The notes under the pieces: generated by a model | Told to the model about the DNA's origin: nothing | Seen by the model: the letters and a program-made list of their open reading frames with translations, nothing else | The model's database searches: none | DNA from: the human T2T-CHM13v2.0 reference genome, Homo sapiens | Assembly: GCF_009914755.1 (NCBI RefSeq) | Contig: NC_060934.1 | Reading direction: 5' to 3' (one strand) | DNA: 64,000 bases | Program-made: the position numbers and the translations under genes | In this document: positions 1-13,900 of the stretch, piece after piece | Position numbering within the stretch: position 1 is the first letter of the stretch | Layout: every line of letters begins with the position of its first letter

Positions 1-909
1 AACGGAATTATCGAATGGAATCGAAGAGAATCATCGAATGGACTCGAATGGAATCATCTAATGAAATAGAATGGAATAATCCATGGACTCGAATGCAATC
101 ATCATCAAATGGAATCGAATGGAATCGTCGAATGGACTCGAGTGGAATAAACATTCAACGGAATCGAATGGAATCGTCACCGGATGGAAACGAATGGAAT
201 CATCATCGAATGGAATCGAATGGAATCATCAAATGGAATCAGATGAAATCATCATCAAATGGATTCGAATAGAATTATGGAATGAAATCCAATGTGATCA
301 TCATCGAATGGACACGAACGGAATCATCATCCAATGGAAACAAATGGAATCAACATCGAATGGAATCGAATGGAAACGCCATCGAAAGGAAACGAATGGA
401 ATTATCATGAAATTGAAATGGATGGACTCATCATCGAATGGATTCGAATGGAATCACCGAATGAAATTGATAGAAATCATCATCAAATGGAATCGAATGG
501 AATCATTGAATGGAATCGAATGGAATCATCATCAGATGGAAATGAATGGAATCATCACTGAATGGAATCGAATGGATTCATTGAATGGAATCTGATGGAA
601 TCATCGAATGGACTTGACTGGAATCATTGAATGGACTCGAATGGAATCTTTATTGAATGGAATTGAATGGAATCATCGAATGGTCTCGAATGGAATCATT
701 ATCAAATGGAATCGAATGGAATCACCGAATAGAATCGAATGGAACAATCATCGAATGGACTCAAATGGAATTATCCTCAAATGGAATCGTATGGATTTAT
801 CGAATGCAATTGAATGGAATTATCGAAAGCAATCGAATAGAATCATCGAATGGACTCGAATGGAATCATCGAATGGAATGGAATGGAAGAGTCAATGAAC
901 TCGAATGGA

Positions 910-1420
910 ATCATCATTGAATGGACTCGAACGGAATCATCATCCAATGGAAACTAATGGAATCAACATCAAATGGAATCGAATGGAAACACCATCGAAT
1001 TGAAACGAATGGAATTATCATGAAATTGAAATGGATGGACTCATCATCGAATGGATTTGAATGGAATCACCGAATGAAATTGATTGAAATCATCATCGAA
1101 TGGAATCATTGAATGGAATCGAATGGAATCATCATGAGATGGAAATGAACGGAATCATCATAGAATGGAATCGAACGGATTCATTGAATGGAATCAGATG
1201 GAATCTTCGAATGGACATGAATGGAATCATTGAATGGACTCGAATGGAATCATTATTGAATAGAATTGAATGGAATCATTGAACGGCCTCGAATGGAATA
1301 ATTATGAAATGAAATCGAATGGAATCACCGAATAGAATCGAATGGAACAATCATCGAATGCACTCAAATGGAATTATCCTCAAATGGAATAGAATGGAAT
1401 TATCGAATGCAGTCGAATAG
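910..1420. repeat. Fragment of the divergent D-type monomer fused to an X-type monomer (2396-bp unit); also at ~36091-36600 and ~43945-44450
   Basis: After ...GAAGAGTCAATGAACTCGAATGGAATCATCATTGAATGGA the register jumps back 613 bp (921 vs 308) into D-type sequence (CATGAGATGG, GAACGGCCTCG, GCACTC). 1816+613-33=2396. Confidence 0.85.
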
Positions 1421-2319
1421 AATCATCGAATGGACTCGAATGGTATCATCGAATGGAACGGAATGGAATAGTCAATGAACTCGAATGGAATCATCATTGA
1501 ATGGAATTGAATGGAATCATCGAGTGGAATCGAATGGAATCATGATCAAATGGAATCGAATGTAATCATCATCAAATGGAATCCAAATTAACCATCATCA
1601 CTTGGTATTGAATGGAATTGTCATCAAATGGAATTCAAAGGAATCATCATGAAATGGAACCGAATGGAATCATCATTGAATGGAAATGAAAGGAGTCATC
1701 ATCTAATGGAATCGCATGGAATCATCATCAAATGGAATCGAATGGAATCATCACCAAATGGAATCTAATGGAATCATTGAACGGAATTGAATGGAATCGT
1801 CATCGAATGAATTGAGTGCAATCATCGAATGGTGTCGAAAGGAATAATCTTCAAATGGAAAGGAATGGAATCATCTCATAGAATCGAATGGAATTATCAA
1901 CGAATGGACTCGAATGGAATCAACATCAAACGGAATTATCGAATGGAATCGAAGAGAATCATCGAATGGCCACGAATGGAATCATCTAATGGAATGGAAT
2001 GGAATAATCCATGGACCCGAATGCAATCATCATCGAATAGAATCGAATGGAATCATCGAATGGACACGAATGGAATAATCATTGAACGGAATCGAATGGA
2101 ATCATCGTCGAATGGAAACGCATGGAATCATCATCGAATGGAAATGAAAGGAGTCATCATCTAATGGAATCGCACGGAATCATCATCAAATGGAATCGAA
2201 TGGAATCATCATCGAATGGAATCTAATGGAATAATTGAACGGAAGTGAATGGAATCGTCATCGAATGAATTGAATGCAATCATCGAATGGTCTTGAATGG
2301 AATCATCTTCAAATGGAAT

Positions 2320-3440
2320 GGAATAGAATCATCGCATAGAATCGAATGGAATTATCATCGAATGGACTCAAATGGAATCAACATCAAACGGAATCAAACG
2401 GAATTATCGAATGGAATCGAAGAGAATCATCGAATGGACTCGAATGGAATCATCTAATGAAATAGAATGGAATAATCCATGGACTCGAATGCAATCATCA
2501 TCAAATGGAATCGAATGGAATCGTCGAATGGACTCGAGTGGAATAAACATTCAACGGAATCGAATGAAATCGTCACCGGATGGAAACGAAGGGAATCATC
2601 ATCGAATGGAATCGAATGGAATCATCAAATGGAATCAGATGGAATCATCATCAAATGGAATCGAATAGAATTATGGAATGAAATCCAATGTGATCATCAT
2701 TGAATGGACTCGAACGGAATCATCATCCAATGGAAACTAATGGAATCAACATCAAATGGAATCGAATGGAAACACCATCGAATTGAAACGAATGGAATTA
2801 TCATGAAATTGAAATGGATGGACTCATCATCGAATGGATTTGAATGGAATCACCGAATGAAATTGATTGAAATCATCATCGAATGGAGTCATTGAATGGA
2901 ATCGAATGGAATCATCATGAGATGGAAATGAACGGAATCATCATAGAATGGAATCGAACGGATTCATTGAATGGAATCAGATGGAATCTTCGAATGGACA
3001 TGAATGGAATCATTGAATGGACTCGAATGGAATCATTATTGAATAGAATTGAATGGAATCATTGAACGGCCTCGAATGGAATAATTATGAAATGAAATCG
3101 AATGGAATCACCGAATAGAATCGAATGGAACAATCATCGAATGCACTCAAATGGAATTATCCTCAAATGGAATAGAATGGAATTATCGAATGCAACCGAA
3201 TAGAATCATCGAATGGACTCGAATGGTATCATCGAATGGAACGGAATGGAATAGTCAATGAACTCGAATGGAATCATCATTGAATGGAATCGAATGGAAT
3301 CATTGAGAGGAATCGAATGGAATCCTGATCAAATGCAATCGAATGTAATCATCATCAAATGGAATCCAAATTAACCATCATCACTTGGTATTGAATGGAA
3401 TTGTCATCAAATGGAATTCAAAGGAATCATCATGAAGTGG
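2320..3440. repeat. Divergent D-type monomer (33 bp shorter); further copies at ~23515-24635 and ~58100-59220
   Basis: A 10-bp and a 23-bp deletion plus many private substitutions (CGAAGGGAATC, AAACACCATC, GGATTTGAA, GGAGTCATTG, TTGAGAGG, CCTGATC, GAAGTGGAACC). EcoRI spacing 1631 to 3414 is 1783 = 1816-33. Confidence 0.88.
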
Positions 3441-4495
3441 AACCGAATGGAATCATCATTGAATGGAAATGAAAGGAGTCATCATCTAATGGAATCGCAT
3501 GGAATCATCATCAAATGGAATCGAATGGAATCATCATCAAATGGAATCTAATGGAATCATTGAACGGAATTGAATGGAATCGTCATCGAATGAATTGAGT
3601 GCAATCATCGAATGGTCTCGAATGGAATCATCTTCAAATGGAAAGGAATGGAATCATCGCATAGAATCGAATGGAATTATCATCGAATGGACCCGAATGG
3701 AATCAACATCAAACGGAATCAAACGGAATTATCGAATGGAATCGAAGAGAATCATCGAATGGCCACGAATGGAATCATCTAATGGAATGGAATGGAATAA
3801 TCCATGGACACGAATGCAATCATCATCGAATAGAATCGAATGGAATCATCGAATGGACTCGAATGGAATAATCATTGAACACAATCGAATGGAATCATCG
3901 AGTGGAATCGAATGGAATCATGATCAAATGGAATCGAATGTAATCATCATCAAATGGAATCCAAAATCACCATCATCAATTGGTACTGAATGGAATTGTC
4001 ATCAAATGGAATTCAAAGGAATCATCATCAAATGGAACCGAATGGAATCCTCATTGAATGGAAATGAAAGGAGTCATCATCTAATGGAATCGCATGGAAT
4101 CATCATCAAATGGAATCGAATGGAATCATCATCAAATGGAATCGAATGGAATCATTGAACGGAATTGAATCGAATCGTCATCGAATGAATTGAATGCAAT
4201 CATCGAATGGTCTCGAATGGAATAATCTTCAAATGGAAAGGAATGGAATCATCGCATAGAATCGAATGGAATTATCAACGAATGGACTCGAATGGAATCA
4301 ACATCAAACGGAATCAAACGGAATTCTCGAATGGAATCGAAGAGAATCATCGAATGGCCACGAATTGAATCATGTAATTGAATGGAATGGAATAATCCAT
4401 GGACCCGAATGCAATCATCATCGAATAGAATCGAATGGAATCATCGAATGGACACGAATGGAATAATCATTGAATGGAATCGAATGGAATCATCG
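3270..4495. repeat. 595-bp internal tandem duplication in the monomer (2388/2421-bp units); junctions at ~3890, ~8135, ~25080, ~59665
   Basis: EcoRI sites at 3414 and 4009 are 595 bp apart. ORF pairs 3671/4266, 7918/8513, 24864/25459 and 59448/60043 are all offset by 595. Confidence 0.88.
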
Positions 4496-7400
4496 TCGAA
4501 TGGAAATGCATGGAATCATCATCGAATGGAAATGAAAGGAGTCATCATCTAATGAAATCGCACGGAATCATCATCAAATGGAATCGAATGGAAGCATCAT
4601 CGAATGGAATCTAATGGAATCATTGAACGGAATTGCATGGAATCGTCATCGAATGAATTGAATGCAATCATCGAATGGTCTCGAATGGAATCATCTTCAA
4701 ATGGAATGGAATGGAATCATCGCATAGAATCGAATGGAATTATCATCGAATGGACTCAAATGGAATCAACATCAAACGGAATCAAACGGAATTATCCAAT
4801 GGAATCGAAGAGAATCATCGAATGGACTCGAATGGAATCATCTAATGAAATAGAATGGAATAATCCATGGACTCGAATGCAATCATCATCAAATGGAATC
4901 GAATGGAATCGTCGAATGGACTCGAGAGGAATAAACATTCAACGGAATCGAATGGAATCGTCACCGGATGGAAACGAATGGAATCATCATCGAATGGAAT
5001 CGAATGGAATCATCAAATGGAATCAGACGGAATCATCATCAAATGGAATCAAATAGAATTATGGAGTGAAATCCAATGTGATCATCATCGAATGGACTCG
5101 AACGGAATCATCATCCAATGGAAACTAATGGAATCAACATCGAATGGAATCGAATGGAAACGCCATCGAATTGAAACGAATGGAATTATCATGAAATTGA
5201 AATGGATGGACTCATCATCGAATGGATTCGAATGGAATCACCGAATGAAATTGATAGAAATCATCATCAAATGGAATCGAATGGAATCATTGAATGGAAT
5301 CGAATGGAATCATCATCAGATGGAAATGAATGGAATCATCATTGAATGGAATCGAATGGATTCTTTGAATGGAATCTGATGGAATCATCGAATGGTCTTG
5401 AATGGAATCATTGAATGGACTCGAATGGAATCTTTATTGAATGGAATTGAATGGAATCATCGAATGGTCACGAATGGAATCATTATCAAATGGAATCGAA
5501 TGGAATCACCGAATAGAATCGAATGGAACAATCATCGAATGGACTCAAATGGAATTATCCTCAAATGGAATCGAATGGATTTATCGAATGAAATCGAATG
5601 GAATTATCGAAAGCAATCGAATAGAATCATCGAATGGACTCGAATGGAATCATCGAATGGAATGGAATGGAAGAGTCAATGAACTCGAATGGAATCATCA
5701 TTGAATGGAATCGAATGGAATCATCGAGTGGAATCGAATGGAATCATGATCAAATGGAATGGAATGTAATCATCATCAAATGGAATCCAAAATCACCATC
5801 ATCAATTGGTACTGAATGGAATTGTCATCAAATGGAATTCAAAGGAATCATCATCAAATGGAACCGAATGGAATCCTCATTGAATGGAAATGAAAGGAGT
5901 CATCATCTAATGGAATCGCATGGAATCATCATCAAATGGAATCGAATGGAATCATCATCAAATGGAATCGAATGGAATCATTGAACGGAATTGAATCGAA
6001 TCGTCATCGAATGAATTGAATGCAATCATCGAATGGTCTCGAATGGAATCATCTTCAAATGGAAAGGAATGGAATCATCGCATAGAATCGAATGGAATTA
6101 TCATCGAATGGACTCGAATGGAATCAACATCAAACGGAATCAAACGGAATTATCGAATGGAATCGAAGAGAATCATCGAATGGACTCGAATGGAATCATC
6201 TAATGGAATGGAATGGAATAATCCATGGACCCGAATGCAATCATCATCGAATAGAATCGAATGCAATCATCGAATGGACTCGAATGGAATAATCATTGAA
6301 CGGAATCGAATGGAATCATCGTCGAATGGAAACGCATGGAATCATCATCGAATGGAAATGAAAGGAGTCATCATCTAATGGAATCGCACGGAATCATCAT
6401 CAAATGGAATCGAATGGAATCATCATCGAATGGAATCTAATGGAATAATTGAACGGAAGTGAATGGAATCATCATCGAATGAATTGAATGCAATCATCGA
6501 ATGGTCTCGAATGTATCCATCTTCAAATGGAATGGAATGGAATCATCGCATAGAATCGAATGGAATTATCATCGAATGGACTCAAATGGAATCAACATCA
6601 AACGGAATCAAACGGAATTATCGAATGGAATCGAAGAGAATCATCGAATGGACTCGAATGGAATCATCTAATGGAATAGAATGGAATAATCCCTGGACTC
6701 GAATGCAATCATCATCAAATGGAATCGAATGGAATCGTCGAATGGACTCGAGTGGAATAAACATTGAAGGGAATCGAATGGAATCGTCACCGGATGGAAA
6801 CGAATGGAATCATCATCGAATGGAATCGAATGGAATCATCAAATGGAATCAGATGAAATCATCATCAAATGGATTCGAATAGAATTATGGAATGAAATCC
6901 AATGTGATCATCATCGAATGGACACGAACGGAATCATCATCCAATGGAAACAAATGGAATCAACATCGAATGGAATCGAATGGAAACGCCATCGAAAGGA
7001 AACGAATGGAATTATCATGAAATTGAAATGGATGGACTCATCATCGAGTGGATTCGAATGGAATCACCGAATGAAATTGATTGAAATCATCATCAAATGG
7101 AATCGAATGGAATCATTGAATGGAATCGAATGGAATCATCATCAGATGGAAATGAATGGAATCATCACTGAATGGAATCGAATGGATTCATTGAATGGAA
7201 TCTGATGGAATCATCGAATGGACTTGAATGGAATCATTGAATGGACTCAAATGGAATCTTTATTGAATGGAATTGAATGGAATCATCGAATGGTTTCGAA
7301 TGGAATCATTATCAAATGGAATCGAATGGAATCACCGAATAGAATCGAATGGAACAATCATCGAATGGACTCAAATGCAATTATCCTCAAATGGAATCGA

Positions 7401-10400
7401 ATGGATTTATCGAATGCAATCGAATGGAATTATCGAAAGCAATCGAATAGAATCATCGAATGGACTCGAATGGAATCATCGAATGGAATGGAATGGAAGA
7501 GTCAATGAACTCGAATGGAATCATCATTGAATGGAATCGAATGGAATCATCGAGTGGAATCGAATGGAATCATGATCAAATGGAATCGAATGTAATCATC
7601 ATCAAATGGAATCCAAAATCACCATCATCAATTGGTACTGAATGGAATTGTCATCAAATGGAATTCAAAGGAATCATCATCAAATGGAACCGAATGGAAT
7701 CCTCATTGAATGGAAATGAAAGGAGTCATCACCTAATGGAATCGCATGGAATCATCATCAAATGGAATCGAATGGAATCATCATCAAATGGAATCGAATG
7801 GAATCATTGAACGGAATTGAATCGAATCGTCATCGAATGAATTGAATGCAATCATCGAATGGTCTCGAATGGAATCATCTTCAAATGGAAAGGAATGGAA
7901 TCATCGCATAGAATCGAATGGAATTATCATCGAATGGACCCGAATGGAATCAACATCAAACGGAATCAAACGGAATAATCGAATGGAATCGAAGAGAATC
8001 ATCGAATGGCCATGAATGGAATCATCTAATGGAATGGAATGGAATAATCCATGGACCCGAATGCAATCATCATCGAATAGAATCGAATGGAATCATCGAA
8101 TGGACTCGAATGGAATAATCTTTGAACGCAATCGAATGGAATCATCGAGTGGAATCGAATGGAATCATGATCAAATGGAATCGAATGTAATCATCATCAA
8201 ATGGAATCCAAAATCACCATCATCAATTGGTACTGAATGGAATTGTCATCAAATGGAATTCAAAGGAATCATCATCAAATGGAACCGAATGGAATCCTCA
8301 TTGAATGGAAATGAAAGGAGTCATCATCTAATGGAATTGCATGGAATCATCATCAAATGGAATCGAATGGAATCATCATCAAATGGAATCGAATGGAATC
8401 ATTGAACGGAATTGAATGGAATCCTCATCGAATGAATTGAGTGCAATCATCGAATGGTCTCGAATGGAATCATCTTCAAATGGAAAGTAATGGAATCATC
8501 GCATAGAATCGAATGGAATTATCAACGAATGGACTCGAATGGAATCAACATCAAACGGAATCAAACGGAATTATCGAATGGAATCGAAGAGAATCATCGA
8601 ATGGCCACGAATGGAATCATCTAATGGAATGGAATGGAATAATCCATGGACCCGAATGCAATCATCATCGAATAGAATCGAATGGAATCATCGAATGGAC
8701 ACGAATGGAATAATCATTGAATGGAATCGAATGGAATCATCGTCGAATGGAAACGCATGGAATCATCATCGAATGGAAATGAAAGGAGTCATCATCTAAT
8801 GAAATCGCACGGAATCATCATCAAATGGAATCGAATGGAAGCATCATCGAATGGAATCTAATGGAATCATTGAACGGAATTGCATGGAATCGTCATCGAA
8901 TGAATTGAATGCAATCATCGAATGGTCTCGAAAGGAATCATCTTCAAATGGAATGGAATGGAATCATCGCATAGAATCGAATGGAATTATCATCGAATGG
9001 ACTCAAATGGAATCAACATCAAACGGAATCAAACGGAATTATCGAATGGAATCGAAGAGAATCATCGAATGGACTCGAATGGAATCATCTAATGAAATAG
9101 AATGGAATAATCCATGGACTCGAATGCAATCATCATCAAATGGAATCGAATGGAATCGTCGAATGGACTCGAGCGGAATAAACATTCAATGGAATCGAAT
9201 GGAATCGTCACCGGATGGAAACGAATGGAATCATCATCGAATGGAATCGAATGGAATCATCAAATGGAATCAGATGGAATCATCATCAAATGGAATCAAA
9301 TAGAATTATGGAATGAAATCCAATGTGATCATCATCGAATGGACTCGAACGGAATCATCATCCAATGGAAACTAATGGAATCAACATCGAATGGAATCGA
9401 ATGGAAACGCCATCGAATTGAAACGAATGGAATTATCATGAAATTGAAATGGATGGACTCATCATCGAATGGATTCGAATGGAATCACCGAATGAAATTG
9501 ATAGAAATCATCATCAAATGGAATCGAATGGAATCATTGAATGGAATCGAATGGAATCATCATCAGATGGAAATGAATGGAATCATCATTGAATGGAATC
9601 GAATGGATTCTTTGAATGGAATCTGATGGAATCATCGAATGGTCTTGAATGGAATCATTGAATGGACTCGAATGGAATCTTTATTGAATGGAATTGAATG
9701 GAATCATCGAATGGTCTCGAATGGAATCATTATCAAATGGAATCGAATGGAATCACCGAATAGAATCGAATGGAACAATCATCGAATGGACTCAAATGGA
9801 ATTATCCTCAAATGGAATCAAATGGAATTATCGAATGCAATCGAATGTAATTATCGAATGCAATCGAATAGAATCATCGAATGGACTCGAATGGTATCAT
9901 CGAATGGAACGGAATGGAATAGTCAATGAACTCGAATGGAATCATCATTGAATGGAATTGAATGGAATCATCGAGTGGAATCGAATGGAATCATGATCAA
10001 ATGGAATCGAATGTAATCATCATCAAATGGAATCCAAATTAACCATCATCACTTGGTATTGAATGGAATTGTCATCAAATGGAATTCAAAGGAATCATCA
10101 TGAAATGGAACCGAATGGAATCATCATTGAATGGAAATGAAAGGAGTCATCATCTAATGGAATCGCATGGAATCATCATCAAATGAAATCGAATGGAATC
10201 ATCATCAAATGGAATCTAATGGAATCATTGAACGGAATTGAATGGAGTCGTCATCGAATGAATTGAGTGCAATCATCGAATGGTCTCGAAAGGAATAATC
10301 TTCAAATGGAAAGGAATGGAATCATCGCATAGAATCGAATGGAATTATCAAGGAATGGACTCGAATGGGATCAACATCAAACGGAATTATCGAATGGAAT

Positions 10401-10929
10401 CGAAGAGAATCATCGAATGGCCACGAATGGAATCATCTAATGGAATGGAATGGAATAATCCATGGACCCGAATGCAATCATCATCGAATAGAATCGAATG
10501 GAATCATCGAATGGACACGAATGGAATAATCATTGAACGGAATCGAATGGAATCATCGTCGAATGGAAACGCATGGAATCATCATCGAATGGAAATGAAA
10601 GGAGTCATCATCTAATGGAATCGCACAGAATCATCATCAAATGGAATCGAATGGAATCATCATCGAATGGAATCTAATGGAATAATTGAACGGAAGTGAA
10701 TGGAATCGTCATCGAATGAATTGAATGCAATCATCAAATGGTCTCGAATGTAACCATCTTCAAATGGAATGGAATGGAATCATCGCATAGAATCGAATGG
10801 AATTATCATCGAATGGACTCAAATGGAATCAACATCAAACGGAATCAAACGGAATTATCGAATGGAATCGAAGAGAATCATCGAATGGACTCGAATGGAA
10901 TCATCTAATGAAATAGAATGGAATAATCC

Positions 10930-13900
10930 ATGGACTCGAATGCAATCATCATCAAATGGAATCGAATGGAATCGTCGAATGGACTCGAGTGGAATAAACA
11001 TTCAACGGAATCGAATGGAATCGTCACCGGTTGGAAACGAATGGAATCATCATCGACTGGAATCGAATGGAATCATCAAATGGAATCAGATGAAATCATC
11101 ATCAAATGGATTCGAATAGAATTATGGAATGAAATCCAATGTGATCATCATCGAATGGACACGAACGGAATCATCATCCAATGGAAACAAATGGAATCAA
11201 CATCGAATGGAATCGAATGGAAACGCCATCGAAAGGAAACGAATGGAATTATCATGAAATTGAAATGGATGGACTCATCATCGAATGGATTCGAATGGAA
11301 TCACCGAATGAAATTGATTGAAATCATCATCAAATGGAATCGAATGGAATCATTGAATGGAATCGAATGGAATCATCATCAGATGGAAATGAATGGAATC
11401 ATCACTGAATGGAATCGAATGGATTCATTGAATGGAATCTGATGGAATCATCGAATGGACTTGAATGGAATCATTGAATGGACTCGAATTGAATCTTTAT
11501 TGAATGGAATTGAATGGAATCATCGAATGGTCTCGAATGGAATCATTATCAAATGGAATCGAATGGAATCACCGAATAGAATCGAATGGAACAATCATCG
11601 AATGGACTCAAATGGAATTATCCTCAAATGGAATCAAATGGATTTATCGAATGCAATCGAATGGAATTATCGAAAGCAATCGAATAGAATCATCGAATGG
11701 ACTCGAATGGAATCATCGAATGGAATGGAATGGAATAGTCAATGAACTCGAATGGAATCATCATTGAATGGAATCGAATGGAATCATCGAGTGGAATCGA
11801 ATGGAATCATGATCAAATGGAATCGAATGTAATCATCATCAAATGGAATCCAAAATCACCATCATCAATTGGTACTGAATGGAATTGTCATCAAATGGAA
11901 TTCAAAGGAATCATCATCAAATGGAACCGAATGGAATCCTCATTGAATGGAAATGAAAGGAGTCATCATCTAATGGAATCGCATGGAATCATCATCAAAT
12001 GGAATCGAATGGAATCATCATCAAATGGAATCGAATGGAATCATTGAACGGAATTGAATCGAATCGTCATCGAATGAATTGAATGCAATCAACGAATGGT
12101 CTCGAATGGAATCATCTTCAAATGGAAAGGAATGGAATCATCGCATAGAATCGAATGGAATTATCATCGAATGGACTCGAATGGAATCAACATCAAACGG
12201 AATCAAACGGAATTATCGAATGGAAGCGAAGAGAATCATCGAATGGACTCGAATGGAATCATCTAATGGAATGGAATGGAATAATCCATGGACCCGAATG
12301 CAATCATCATCGAATAGAATCGAATGCAATCATCGAATGGACTCGAATGGAATAATCATTGAACGAAATCGAATGGAATCATCGTCGAATGGAAACGAAT
12401 GGAATCATCATCGAATGGAAATGAAAGGAGTCATCATCTAATGGAATCGCATGGAATCATCATCAAATGGAATCAAATGGAATCATCATCGAATGGAATC
12501 TAATGGAATCATTGAACGGAATTGCATGGAATCGTCATCGAATGAATTGAATGCAATCATCGAATGGTCTCGAATGGAATCATCTTCAAATGGAATGGAA
12601 TGGAATCATCGCATAGAATCGAATGGAATTATCATCGAATGGACTCAAATGGAATCAACATCAAACGGAATCAAACGGAATTATCGAATGGAATCGAAGA
12701 GAATCATCGAATGGACTCGAATGGAATCATCTAATGAAATAGAATGGAATAATCCATGGACTCGAATGCAATCATCATCAAATGGAATCGAATGGAATCA
12801 TCGAATGGACTCGAGTGGAATAAACATTCAACGGAATCGAATGGAATCGTCACCGGATGGAAACGAATGGAATCATCATCGAATGGAATCGAATGGAATC
12901 ATCAAATGGAATCAGATGAAATCATCATCAAATGGATTCGAATAGAATTATGGAATGAAATCCAATGTGATCATCATCGAATGGACTCAAACGGAATCAT
13001 CATCCAATGGAAACTAATGGAATCAACATCGAATGGAATCGAATGGAAACGCCATCGAATTGAAACGAATGGAATTATCATGAAATTGAAATGGATGGAC
13101 TCATCATCGAATGGATTCGAATGGAATCACCGAATGAAATTGATAGAAATCATCATCAAATGGAATCGAATGGAATCATTGAATGGAATCGAATGGAATC
13201 ATCATCAGATGGAAATGAATGGAATCATCATTGAATGGAATCGAATGGATTCTTTGAATGGAATCTGATGGAATCATCGAATGGTCTTGAATGGAATCAT
13301 TGAATGGACTCGAATGGAATCTTTATTGAATGGAATTGAATGGAATCATCGAATGGTCACGAATGGAATCATTATCAAATGGAATCGAATGGAATCACCG
13401 AATAGAATCGAATGGAACAATCATCGAATGAACTCAAATGGAATTATCCTCAAATGGAATCAAATGGAATTATCGAATGCAATCGAATGGAATTATCGAT
13501 TGCAATCGAATAGAATCATCGAATGGACTCGAATGGTATCATCGAATGGAACGGAATGGAATAGTCAATGAACTCGAATGGAATCATCATTGAATGGAAT
13601 TGAATGGAATCATCGAGTGGAATCGAATGGAATCATGATCAAATGGAATCGAATGTAATCATCATCAAATGGAATCCAAATTAACCATCATCACTTGGTA
13701 TTGAATGGAATTGTCATCAAATGGAATTCAAAGGAATCATCATGAAATGGAACCGAATGGAATCATCATTGAATGGAAATGAAAGGAGTCATCATCTAAT
13801 GGAATCGCATGGAATCATCATCAAATGGAATCGAATGGAATCATCATCAAATGGAATCTAATGGAATCATTGAACGGAATTGAATGGAATCGTCATCGAA

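Noticed and set aside
143-152. AATAAA once per monomer (GGAATAAAC) as a polyadenylation signal
   Set aside because: It is a short motif easily derived from GGAAT variants in A-rich sequence, with no GU-rich downstream element. It is unsupported without 3'-end RNA data.
870-890. GGAATG runs as TEAD-type sites or fold-back structures
   Set aside because: These are intrinsic to the pentamer and only 3-4 units long. No window-specific pattern could be supported.
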